Shown here in pieces: positions 9,177 through 16,109 of a stretch of 32,000 nt of DNA. Position numbers and translations under genes: made by a program. Location: assembly GCF_000020025.1 (NCBI RefSeq), contig NC_010631.1, positions 270,001-302,000 on the forward strand, read 5' to 3'. The notes under the pieces were generated by a model. The model made no database searches, was not told the origin of the DNA, and saw only the letters and a program-made list of their open reading frames with translations. Within the stretch, counting starts at the first letter, position 1. Each line of letters opens with the position of its first letter. The DNA comes from Nostoc punctiforme PCC 73102. Its GTDB lineage: Bacteria > Cyanobacteriota > Cyanobacteriia > Cyanobacteriales > Nostocaceae.

Positions 9177-9286
9177 ATTGGCCCCCAAGCTTTTAAAGCC
9201 GCAACAAGCTCTTACCACAAATCTAGGCTTTCGCCAGTTAAACAGTCTTTTATTGATATAAATATTTATACTTACCAGTTCAGATG

Positions 9287-9337
9287 ACTGCGGCCACTTT
9301 ATGGTTTAAAAACGGCCACAATATCCTTTAAGTGACA
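9287..9337 (-). repeat. Tn7-like terminal inverted repeat, tnsB-proximal end
   Basis: The reverse complement is TGTCACTTAAAGGATATTGTGGCCGTTTTTAAACCATAAAGTGGCCGCAGT, with one mismatch to the other end. Confidence 0.9.
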
Positions 9338-9352
9338 ACTTTTTTCTAATTT

Positions 9353-9559
9353 ATGGATCAAAATTTTTCTCACATTATGATTCAAAGCATACTTAATCCT
9401 TTGCCGCGTAAACGCTGGGAGCAAACTTCAGCCTGGACAATTGACGCAGTACTCAATGGCAAAATGTTAACTTATGAAAGAGCGAGTCTACTAACAGCAG
9501 CACGGGTAATTCCACAAGAGAATATGATTAAGACATGGCAAATGTACACTCACTTATAA
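9353..9559 (+). CDS. hypothetical 68-aa ORF beside the transposon end
   Basis: ATG-started ORF beginning 15 bp from the transposon end and overlapping the next gene by 25 nt. No motif recognised, and it may not be coding. Confidence 0.3.
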   Translation: MDQNFSHIMIQSILNPLPRKRWEQTSAWTIDAVLNGKMLTYERASLLTAARVIPQENMIKTWQMYTHL

Positions 9560-11193
9560 ACCAGCCCAATAAAAGAGACGATTTAACAGCTCGCCGCATT
9601 CGATTTTTTGAAGGACGCTACGGAACTAATGCGCTCTTATTGGCTTGTCATGCTGCTTTTCCCCTTACCCTCACTTCAGATTTACTCTACTGTTTGCGTG
9701 AGAATTTTGTTCTTGATGCCCCTTGGTATGCAGTCGCTGATGTGTTGTTATCAGGGTTATGCCAACCTGTAGGATATGACCTTTATGAAATGGAAGGTGA
9801 AACTAGAGATGGCTTGCTGAGTCGTTTATGTGAGCATTTTGGAGAACAGCGACTTAAGGAACTGGCGAATTTTATGTCTGCGTATATTACCTGTCGCTTG
9901 CAGGTTGAGAATAATGACCGTGCTTTGGTATTTGGACAACGCCCAGACTGGACAGCATTAGCATACTTGAGTTCAGATAAGCAAGAGGTAATTAACGCCA
10001 TAACGCAGGAGTTGCGAAGATTGACAGCTTCCACAGATGCTAAAGAGCGTATCAGATGGGCAGCTTTAATAGAAAATTATGCTGACCTATTATCACAAAA
10101 AGGTTTTGAGCCATTGTTGTTGGAATTGTCACAGCAAGCACTCAATGGCGAACCCATACAGGATGAAGAGGAGAAAGAAATTGCCGCAGCAACGGGAGTT
10201 TCGTTGCAAACTTTTGAATTTGACGTGACAACTATCATCTTAGACGATGAGCCAGGGGAAGAATTGCAAACTTTTGAGTTTGACACCGTAACAGTAGATG
10301 CTCGTGGAAAAGTAATTAACAAAGAACGAAAGCAAGCATTTTATTTTATTGAGTTTTTGGGTGAAGCAGCAGGAAAGCCATCAAAACTCTTGATAGAGAT
10401 GGTAGCTATTCCTGGAGGAACTTTTGAAATGGGGTCGCCACCAGATGAGCCAGAACGTTATGATGATGAGAATCCCCAGTATAGAGTCACTGTGCAGCCG
10501 TTTTTCTTGGCTAAGTATCCAGTCACTCAAGCGCAGTGGCAATTTGTGGCGCAGTTACCCCAGGTAAATCGGGAGCTAGATCGAGATCCATCTGATTTTA
10601 AAGGTGCAAACCGACCTGTCGAAAATGTCTCTTGGTACGATGCGGTTGAATTTTGCGATCGCTTATCTCAGTATACAGGTAGACCATACACCCTCCCTAG
10701 TGAAGCAGAATGGGAATATGCGTGTAGAGCCGGAACAACAACTCCATTCCATTTTGGCGAAACGATAACGTCAGATTTAGCTAACTATGATGCTAGGAGT
10801 AGATTTGACGGCAGTGAAGGACTTTTTGATGATATGCAAGGCAACTTTGATGATGGATCGAAAGGAATTTATCGAAAAGAAACAACAGTTGTAGGCAGCT
10901 TCAAAGTTGCAAACGCCTTTGGATTATACGATATGCACGGAAACGTATTGGAATGGTGTTTTGATGATTGGCACAGCAACTATGAAGGTGCGCCGATAGA
11001 TGGCGGTGCTTGGTTTGATGATAATGATAATATTTACCAAAAACGAGGAGCAGCCGTTCTGCGGGGCGGTTCCTGGATCGGCAATCCTGATTTCTGCCGT
11101 TCCGCATCCCGCGACAGCGGCAGCACGCGCGACTACCACTTCAACTATTTTGGTTTTCGTGTTATGTGCGGAGTTGGGAGAATTCTTCAGTAG
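9535..11193 (+). CDS. two-part protein: N-terminal helical domain of unknown function plus C-terminal FGE-sulfatase (SUMF1/C-type-lectin fold) domain
   Basis: The C-terminal approx. 260 aa have FGE-sulfatase hallmarks: IPGGTFEMGSP, RVTVQPFFLAKYPVTQAQW, PVENVSWYDAVEFCDRLS, YTLPSEAEWEYACRAGT, NAFGLYDMHGNVLEWC, LRGGSW and GFRV. This is preceded by a duplicated LQTFEFD linker that I recall from cyanobacterial members of the family. Confidence 0.85.
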   Translation: MANVHSLINQPNKRDDLTARRIRFFEGRYGTNALLLACHAAFPLTLTSDLLYCLRENFVLDAPWYAVADVLLSGLCQPVGYDLYEMEGETRDGLLSRLCEHFGEQRLKELANFMSAYITCRLQVENNDRALVFGQRPDWTALAYLSSDKQEVINAITQELRRLTASTDAKERIRWAALIENYADLLSQKGFEPLLLELSQQALNGEPIQDEEEKEIAAATGVSLQTFEFDVTTIILDDEPGEELQTFEFDTVTVDARGKVINKERKQAFYFIEFLGEAAGKPSKLLIEMVAIPGGTFEMGSPPDEPERYDDENPQYRVTVQPFFLAKYPVTQAQWQFVAQLPQVNRELDRDPSDFKGANRPVENVSWYDAVEFCDRLSQYTGRPYTLPSEAEWEYACRAGTTTPFHFGETITSDLANYDARSRFDGSEGLFDDMQGNFDDGSKGIYRKETTVVGSFKVANAFGLYDMHGNVLEWCFDDWHSNYEGAPIDGGAWFDDNDNIYQKRGAAVLRGGSWIGNPDFCRSASRDSGSTRDYHFNYFGFRVMCGVGRILQ

Positions 11194-11335
11194 CCCTTTA
11201 GCCCTTTACTCTTCTTTTTTTTGCCCTTTGTTAGCGAAGCGGAGAGTTATCAAATTTTTTTCAAAATTCAAGCTAGGAAAAGAATAAACGCCAATTGAGC
11301 GAGAAAGTTAAGCAAGAAGATACACATAAAAATTA

Positions 11336-12187
11336 ATGGTAAAAATACTCACTAAACGACAAACAGCGCAATGTTTTATCGAAGACTTGGGCAATGGAAT
11401 TAAACTAGAGATGGTGCTGCTGCAACGTGGTAGTTTTCTAATGGGCGCTCCAGAAACAGAAGAAGGAAGCAGTGATGATGAACGTCCTCAGCACGAAGTA
11501 ACTGTTCCAACTTTTTTTATAGGCAAGTATCCACTCACTCAAGCACAGTGGAAAGCAGTAGCAGCACTACCACAGGTTAACAAAGAGCTAAAAGCTAAAC
11601 CATCGCGTTTTAAAGGCGCAGATCGCCCTGTTGAGCAAGTTTCTTGGGAGGATGCGGTTGAATTTTGCGATCGCCTGACTGCCCATACTAAAAGACAATA
11701 CCGCCTGCCTAGCGAAGCCGAATGGGAATATGCCTGTCGTGCTGGAACTACTAGCCCATTTCACTTTGGCGAAACAATTACGACCGATTTAGCTAATTAC
11801 CAAGGTACAGATAACAAAGAATATGAATGGTCGGGTTCTTATGGACGAGGGCCAAAAGGTATCTATCGACAAGAGACTACGCCTGTGGGCAGTTTTGGGG
11901 TAGCTAACGCCTTTGGATTATACGATATGCACGGAAACGTATGGGAATGGTGTCTCGACAATTGGCACGACAACTATGAAGGTGCGCCTATAGATGGCAG
12001 TGCTTGGCTTAATGATAATAATAACTTTTCTCAAAAAAAAGAAAATGCTGTGCTGCGGGGCGGTTCCTGGCTCGGCTATCCTTATGACTGCCGGTCTGCG
12101 TCCCGTGACTACTATTGGGCGGGGCGCGACATCATTCTCTACACTATTGGTTTTCGTGTTGTGTGCGCTGTCGGCAGGATTCTTTAG
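11336..12187 (+). CDS. stand-alone FGE-sulfatase (SUMF1/C-type-lectin fold) domain protein
   Basis: Same motif series as the upstream gene: FLMGAPE, YPLTQAQW, PVEQVSWEDAVEFCDRL, YRLPSEAEWEYACRAGT, NAFGLYDMHGNVWEWC, LRGGSW and GFRVVC. It is clearly a paralog of the 9535-11193 C-terminal domain. Confidence 0.85.
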   Translation: MVKILTKRQTAQCFIEDLGNGIKLEMVLLQRGSFLMGAPETEEGSSDDERPQHEVTVPTFFIGKYPLTQAQWKAVAALPQVNKELKAKPSRFKGADRPVEQVSWEDAVEFCDRLTAHTKRQYRLPSEAEWEYACRAGTTSPFHFGETITTDLANYQGTDNKEYEWSGSYGRGPKGIYRQETTPVGSFGVANAFGLYDMHGNVWEWCLDNWHDNYEGAPIDGSAWLNDNNNFSQKKENAVLRGGSWLGYPYDCRSASRDYYWAGRDIILYTIGFRVVCAVGRIL

Positions 12188-13665
12188 TCGCCACGAATTG
12201 GTAATTGCGAATTGGAGATGACACTGCTTATAAGTGGGGATGGGAGCGAGTCGCAGATTATGCCATCAACACAAGCAATTCCCCACTGCGGAAACTTCGC
12301 TAATAGTTTTTTGATCACGATCTGTAAGGTCGGATCATCATTCCAGCATTTTTGGAGGAAGTCAAAGCCCGGATTTTCCCCAACCAGAGAAGCCATCTTC
12401 AGTTTCTCCATTCGCAATAGTCTAGTCTTGGATCTCATGGCGATGTCTTCAGAGCTAAACAACGCCTCACTAGATTTTTGCACCTGATAATTGACTACAG
12501 ATATATTCCACTGTTTCTCAAACTTGCTGATTGTTGCCCTCATACTGGCGTAATACTTGCTGTCTAGCAAATATTGAATTACCCACAATGGGGGGCATTC
12601 TCCTGCATCTGCTCGATCTAACCATTCAAATATCTCACTTTGAGTTAATGACACCGGCGCGGCGGAACAAGTGCCTTCATGACAGTCCCTCGCCTCAACA
12701 CCACAATCTTGGTTTTCAACTAACAACGGAGCGGAATTACTTTGTTCTGCTTGCCTCTGTGTTTGATTAGCGATCACAGAATTTAAAGATTTTTCATTTT
12801 GGGCGACGGGCGCGGCGGAACAAGTACCTTCATGAGGGGATATCGCTTCAACACCACAATCCTGGCTTTCTCCTATCGACAAAGCAGATTCACCCTGTAC
12901 AGCATCCACAAGCGTCAGTGATGTACAATCCATTGCCGTAGGCAATTCTTCAAGTTCTGACGCGCTTTCGATACGTTGAGGCGACGCGCCCCCCAAGGGC
13001 GCATGAGCCGTTTCTTCAACACGCGGATTTTCAGTTGGCGCGTCAGAACCAACTACCATACCAACAACCTTAGTTGGTTGTTGGTAGGTAGTTAACGGGT
13101 AGTTAGAAACGTTGTTAGGATTTTGGAACCCTTGCAAATCCTCACTTTTTTGACCATTCTTTTGGAATGATTCCAAATCAGACTGAATTTGTTCCACGCC
13201 AGGGTAATTTTCATTCCGTCCGGGCGCATTTGTTTCCTCCCCGGCGTGGACGGCTTTCTCGTCACAAAAATTGGTTTCCTCAGACGTGGATGATTCCCAG
13301 TAAAAACGATTGTAATAACCGCGCAAGTTACGGACACGGTAGCTAATCAATCCTGGTCTACCAGAAGGTAAGCGACCAAATACTTCCTCAAATTGAAACA
13401 ATCCTTGAGCGCTTAACGCCGCCCCTGCTTTTTGCAAAGATTTGTAGGTGAGGTTAGTATCGAGTTTATGAGCAGAACCCCCGAATTGTTCAGCCGCCAC
13501 GCTATCCAACCAAAGCTGCTGCACAGATGGAGGCTGTTGACGAACCCAGTTGATATCCTCAATCGATACCTTGCAATGTGGTCTAATCGATTTATCTGCT
13601 TCAGCAAGTTTCCGCTCGTTTCGTTGTTGGCTACCACCGTTGATTGCTTTTAACGCTGTAGTCAT
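12184..13665 (-). CDS. multi-domain protein: N-terminal wHTH/Rep-like region, two HEGTCSAAPV repeat units, C-terminal KFPQWGI module (493 aa)
   Basis: The ATG at 13665 is preceded by AGGAGG and is preferred over the track start at 13704. An internal 51-aa repeat is present (CGVEAISPHEGTCSAAPV / CGVEARDCHEGTCSAAPV). The C-terminal module is shared with 489-998 and 2002-2272. The Rep-like assignment is inferred only from context and a basic N-terminus. Confidence 0.7.
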   Translation of the reverse strand: MTTALKAINGGSQQRNERKLAEADKSIRPHCKVSIEDINWVRQQPPSVQQLWLDSVAAEQFGGSAHKLDTNLTYKSLQKAGAALSAQGLFQFEEVFGRLPSGRPGLISYRVRNLRGYYNRFYWESSTSEETNFCDEKAVHAGEETNAPGRNENYPGVEQIQSDLESFQKNGQKSEDLQGFQNPNNVSNYPLTTYQQPTKVVGMVVGSDAPTENPRVEETAHAPLGGASPQRIESASELEELPTAMDCTSLTLVDAVQGESALSIGESQDCGVEAISPHEGTCSAAPVAQNEKSLNSVIANQTQRQAEQSNSAPLLVENQDCGVEARDCHEGTCSAAPVSLTQSEIFEWLDRADAGECPPLWVIQYLLDSKYYASMRATISKFEKQWNISVVNYQVQKSSEALFSSEDIAMRSKTRLLRMEKLKMASLVGENPGFDFLQKCWNDDPTLQIVIKKLLAKFPQWGIACVDGIICDSLPSPLISSVISNSQLPIRGD

Positions 13666-13756
13666 ATTTCCTCCTAAATTTTTCCATGACAATGTGAGCG
13701 GCATGGTTGCAATGCCACGTTTAAGTTTTTTGGCTCTTCTCTTAGCGAGTCTTTAT

Positions 13757-15337
13757 CTACTGGTTTTCGCCCTGCCAAAACCGCAACTCTTCCCTGGAAT
13801 AGCTTTGAGTCTTTTTCAACTCATTGCGCCAGTGATCCCAGGCGACAACTACTTTGCCCCCTACCTCCTCTACAACTTCGCCCCTCTGCAAATACAGAGT
13901 CCGGTACGGGTCAGCATGAGCAACAATAGAACCGATGCTAATTGTCTGAGGTTCAGTGGATGAGTTTTTGAGAGTTTTAATTAACTCTGTTTCCTGGGTA
14001 GTAAGTTCTGCCCAGTAATCCGACTTAATTACCTCATACTCTTGCGCCACTGCCCAATAGTCCTGCCACGTACACCCAGGCTTTGCAAGCACTGACCTAA
14101 TATCACTAACCGCCTGGGGTAACATCGACAACTGCTCGGCACGGTAAGCGATCGCAGTTAGTGTAGGTTCGCTCCCCAAAATTATCGCCGCTGCTTCGAG
14201 TGCTTGGGTGTTGTTCATAGCACTGGCGAGATTCTTCAACGCCATGCCCATGAGCCGCAGACATTCTTGGGCATTTTCTTTGGGTGGTTCAATTGCTAGC
14301 GATCGCAAATCAATGGTTTTCTCTAGGGCTTGTTTAACTTGCTTGTTCAACGCTTTAGTTGCTTGCTGGGTCATGGTATTTCCCCACTGTTGAGAAGGAC
14401 GTTCTTCTACGGCGTGTTCTAATTCCTGAATACGAGAAAAGAGTTTTTGATTTTCAATCTCCAGTTTCCTCAGCCCTTGCATCTCGTCCAATTGTTGCTG
14501 CAACTGAATATTCTGCTCTTTCTGTTGCTTGTACAGGTTTTGGAGGGATTGGATTTGCTCTTGCACTTGGGCTTCGGCTCTAGTAGCTGCTTCTGTTTGT
14601 AGTCCAATTCTCAATTCCTGGGAAAGTCGCTCTAACTCTTGCTGATGCTGTTCTTTAATTTGAGCGATCGCTTCCGTATATTCTGGTGGATAGTTCTGTT
14701 CTCTGGGGAATGGGACACTTGCGGCATCTAGATCCCCATTATTGACCAACAACCTCTCACCATCAGCAAAGGTAACAATCTGCTGCCAATGATTTGGTGC
14801 GTCTGCTGAGATCACTCCTGATTCCCCATAACGAGGGTGTTCTGGTGATGAAACTGTGACAGAATTACACAATTGCGTTTGGCTTTGTTCGCTTTTTGTA
14901 GAGCGTTTAACTGTTGGTGCAACCTCTTGCACCGCTTTGGCGAAGTCTGCGGCGGTGGGAAAGGGTTTTTCTTTGGCTGCGATCGCAACAGCTTGCTCTA
15001 ACTTATCGGGAGTTTTGACCAGTCGGAGCAAGGAGCGAGTTTGAGAGGGTTTGGTAATATGCGGCCTCAGTTCTTCTGGTAATGTATCAACTACTCGCTT
15101 GGCCGCAAATAGATCCTTGACCCGGCGATATCCCCCGTGTTTGGTCAACTCACTTTCGCAATAAGCTTCAAAGCTCTTGTGTCCACCATCTTGGTAATAG
15201 CCTTTGTCTCGCATCAGCCGCAGTTCATCAGATGCTTGCCACTCAAAACGGTCGATGGCGGTGAAGGTATCCAGGATACCGTTGTTCAATTTGGTGTAGT
15301 CGAGTGCTGATGTTTGTTCGGCTTCTAGTGTCAGCAT
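13757..15337 (-). CDS. coiled-coil protein with N-terminal DUF3102-like DNA-binding region and C-terminal SH3-like tail (526 aa)
   Basis: The N-terminus (FEAYCESELTKHGGYRRVKDLFAAKRVV) resembles plasmid/phage HTH proteins. A long Q/E/L-rich heptad region follows (QELERLSQEL...QQQLDEMQGLRKLEIENQKLFSRIQELEH). The gene is co-oriented with the 493-aa gene and 91 bp upstream of it. Confidence 0.65.
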   Translation of the reverse strand: MLTLEAEQTSALDYTKLNNGILDTFTAIDRFEWQASDELRLMRDKGYYQDGGHKSFEAYCESELTKHGGYRRVKDLFAAKRVVDTLPEELRPHITKPSQTRSLLRLVKTPDKLEQAVAIAAKEKPFPTAADFAKAVQEVAPTVKRSTKSEQSQTQLCNSVTVSSPEHPRYGESGVISADAPNHWQQIVTFADGERLLVNNGDLDAASVPFPREQNYPPEYTEAIAQIKEQHQQELERLSQELRIGLQTEAATRAEAQVQEQIQSLQNLYKQQKEQNIQLQQQLDEMQGLRKLEIENQKLFSRIQELEHAVEERPSQQWGNTMTQQATKALNKQVKQALEKTIDLRSLAIEPPKENAQECLRLMGMALKNLASAMNNTQALEAAAIILGSEPTLTAIAYRAEQLSMLPQAVSDIRSVLAKPGCTWQDYWAVAQEYEVIKSDYWAELTTQETELIKTLKNSSTEPQTISIGSIVAHADPYRTLYLQRGEVVEEVGGKVVVAWDHWRNELKKTQSYSREELRFWQGENQ

Positions 15338-15459
15338 GGCATTTTACGGTCTACTGATAATAAGGCAAGCAAATGCTTGTCTTGTTTACCTCGCGCTTCA
15401 AGTGCGGATAGCAAGTGTGTGAGCAAATGTTATTCGCGTTTGGGCGATTGCCTAAAAAA

Positions 15460-15491
15460 TTAAGTAGCCACATATTCTAGTGGCTACTTAA
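15460..15491 (-). terminator. rho-independent terminator-like hairpin
   Basis: A 12-bp perfect stem (TTAAGTAGCCAC / GTGGCTACTTAA) with an 8-nt loop, followed on the minus strand by TTTTTT. Confidence 0.6.
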
Positions 15492-15558
15492 AATCTAACA
15501 CCGAGCTAGCTTAAAATCAAGAAAATTATCTAGAATAAAATGGCATACCTTAAAAATG

Positions 15559-15586
15559 CTTCACCCCCTGTCAAGAGGGGGTGAAG
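15559..15586. terminator. bidirectional terminator-like hairpin downstream of the RHH gene
   Basis: An 11-bp GC-rich stem (CTTCACCCCCT / AGGGGGTGAAG) with a 6-nt loop. T-runs follow on both strands (TTTTCATTATTT on plus, CATTTTTAAGG on minus). Confidence 0.7.
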
Positions 15587-15631
15587 TTTTCATTATTTGA
15601 ACCAAGTTGTCGATTTGAGATGACATGGCTT

Positions 15632-15916
15632 TTAACTGACTTTTAAGCTGCTCATTCTCTCTTGCCAGCCCGGTTGTAACTCCCCCAAGACTTTCTTTAA
15701 AACTTCTACATCCTCTACTAGCTTGACTATATCCACTACATTGCTGTGGACAATCATCTCGCCTATATAATTCCTCATGTGGTTTTCGATATCTTCCGTA
15801 ATCGATATACCATCTTCTTTCAATTTTGTTTTGTACTTCTCGTATAACTCGGCATCTATCTTGATACCTAGCTGGGCAATTCGCCCTTGTGTCTCTGGCT
15901 TTTTGTTCGCAGGCAT
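15632..15916 (-). CDS. ribbon-helix-helix (CopG/Arc/MetJ-like) DNA-binding protein
   Basis: QLGIKIDAELYEKYKTKLKEDGISITEDIENHMRNYI fits the strand-helix-helix pattern. The gene is transcribed divergently from the long plus-strand operon across a palindrome-rich spacer. Confidence 0.65.
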   Translation of the reverse strand: MPANKKPETQGRIAQLGIKIDAELYEKYKTKLKEDGISITEDIENHMRNYIGEMIVHSNVVDIVKLVEDVEVLKKVLGELQPGWQERMSSLKVS

Positions 15917-15996
15917 ATTTTTCTGTTGGTCTTTATCAACAATATACTCTTGATCCAGAATAATCTCTGCAAACCTTATTGTAAGCCAACTTAATC

Positions 15997-16049
15997 ATCT
16001 AGATTTTTATCTTGACTAAATCTAGATTGTTTGCTAGATTATATCTAGA
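15997..16049 (+). promoter_or_regulatory. sigma70-type promoter overlapped by a CTAGA operator array
   Basis: TTGACT (16012-16017), a 17-bp spacer, then TAGATT (16035-16040). The palindrome ATCTAGAT occurs at 15997-16004 and 16020-27, with further CTAGAT/TCTAGA half-sites at 16034-39 and 16044-49. Confidence 0.6.
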
Positions 16050-16109
16050 AAGCAAAAAGACGACCGCCCCAAGTCTCGCAAACCGTGCGATCGCCTTTTA
16101 TCCAACTGA

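Larger units (their letters stand above)
3773..9337 (-). mobile_element. intact cargo-less Tn7-like transposon (tnsAB-tnsC-tniQ)
   Basis: The 51-bp terminal inverted repeats match at 50 of 51 positions and have TGT...ACA termini. A 5-bp direct repeat ACTTT lies immediately outside both ends (3768-3772 and 9338-9342). Inside is a three-gene overlapping operon of Tn7-type transposition proteins and nothing else. Confidence 0.9.

Noticed and set aside
5038-9261. Small plus-strand ORFs inside the transposon (5038-5292, 6891-7073, 7559-7900, 8127-8348, 8919-9261).
   Set aside because: All are antisense to long minus-strand genes with strong family motifs, and their compositions are typical of shadow ORFs.
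9338-9540. A tRNA, SRP-RNA or other conserved RNA gene as the Tn7-like attachment site next to the tnsB-proximal end.
   Set aside because: No cloverleaf-compatible sequence or conserved SRP/tmRNA/RNase P motif could be recognised by eye. This was not a rigorous search.
11194-11335. The intergenic spacer between the two FGE-sulfatase genes, considered as a DGR template repeat.
   Set aside because: It has no similarity to either VR-like segment. No RT gene is in the window.
11000-12221. Plus-strand alternative-frame ORFs 11000-11287 and 11994-12221, and minus-strand ORFs 10901-11139, overlapping the FGE-sulfatase C-termini.
   Set aside because: They are frame-shadow ORFs created by the GC-rich, stop-poor VR-like segments. 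The FGE-sulfatase frame carries clear family motifs.
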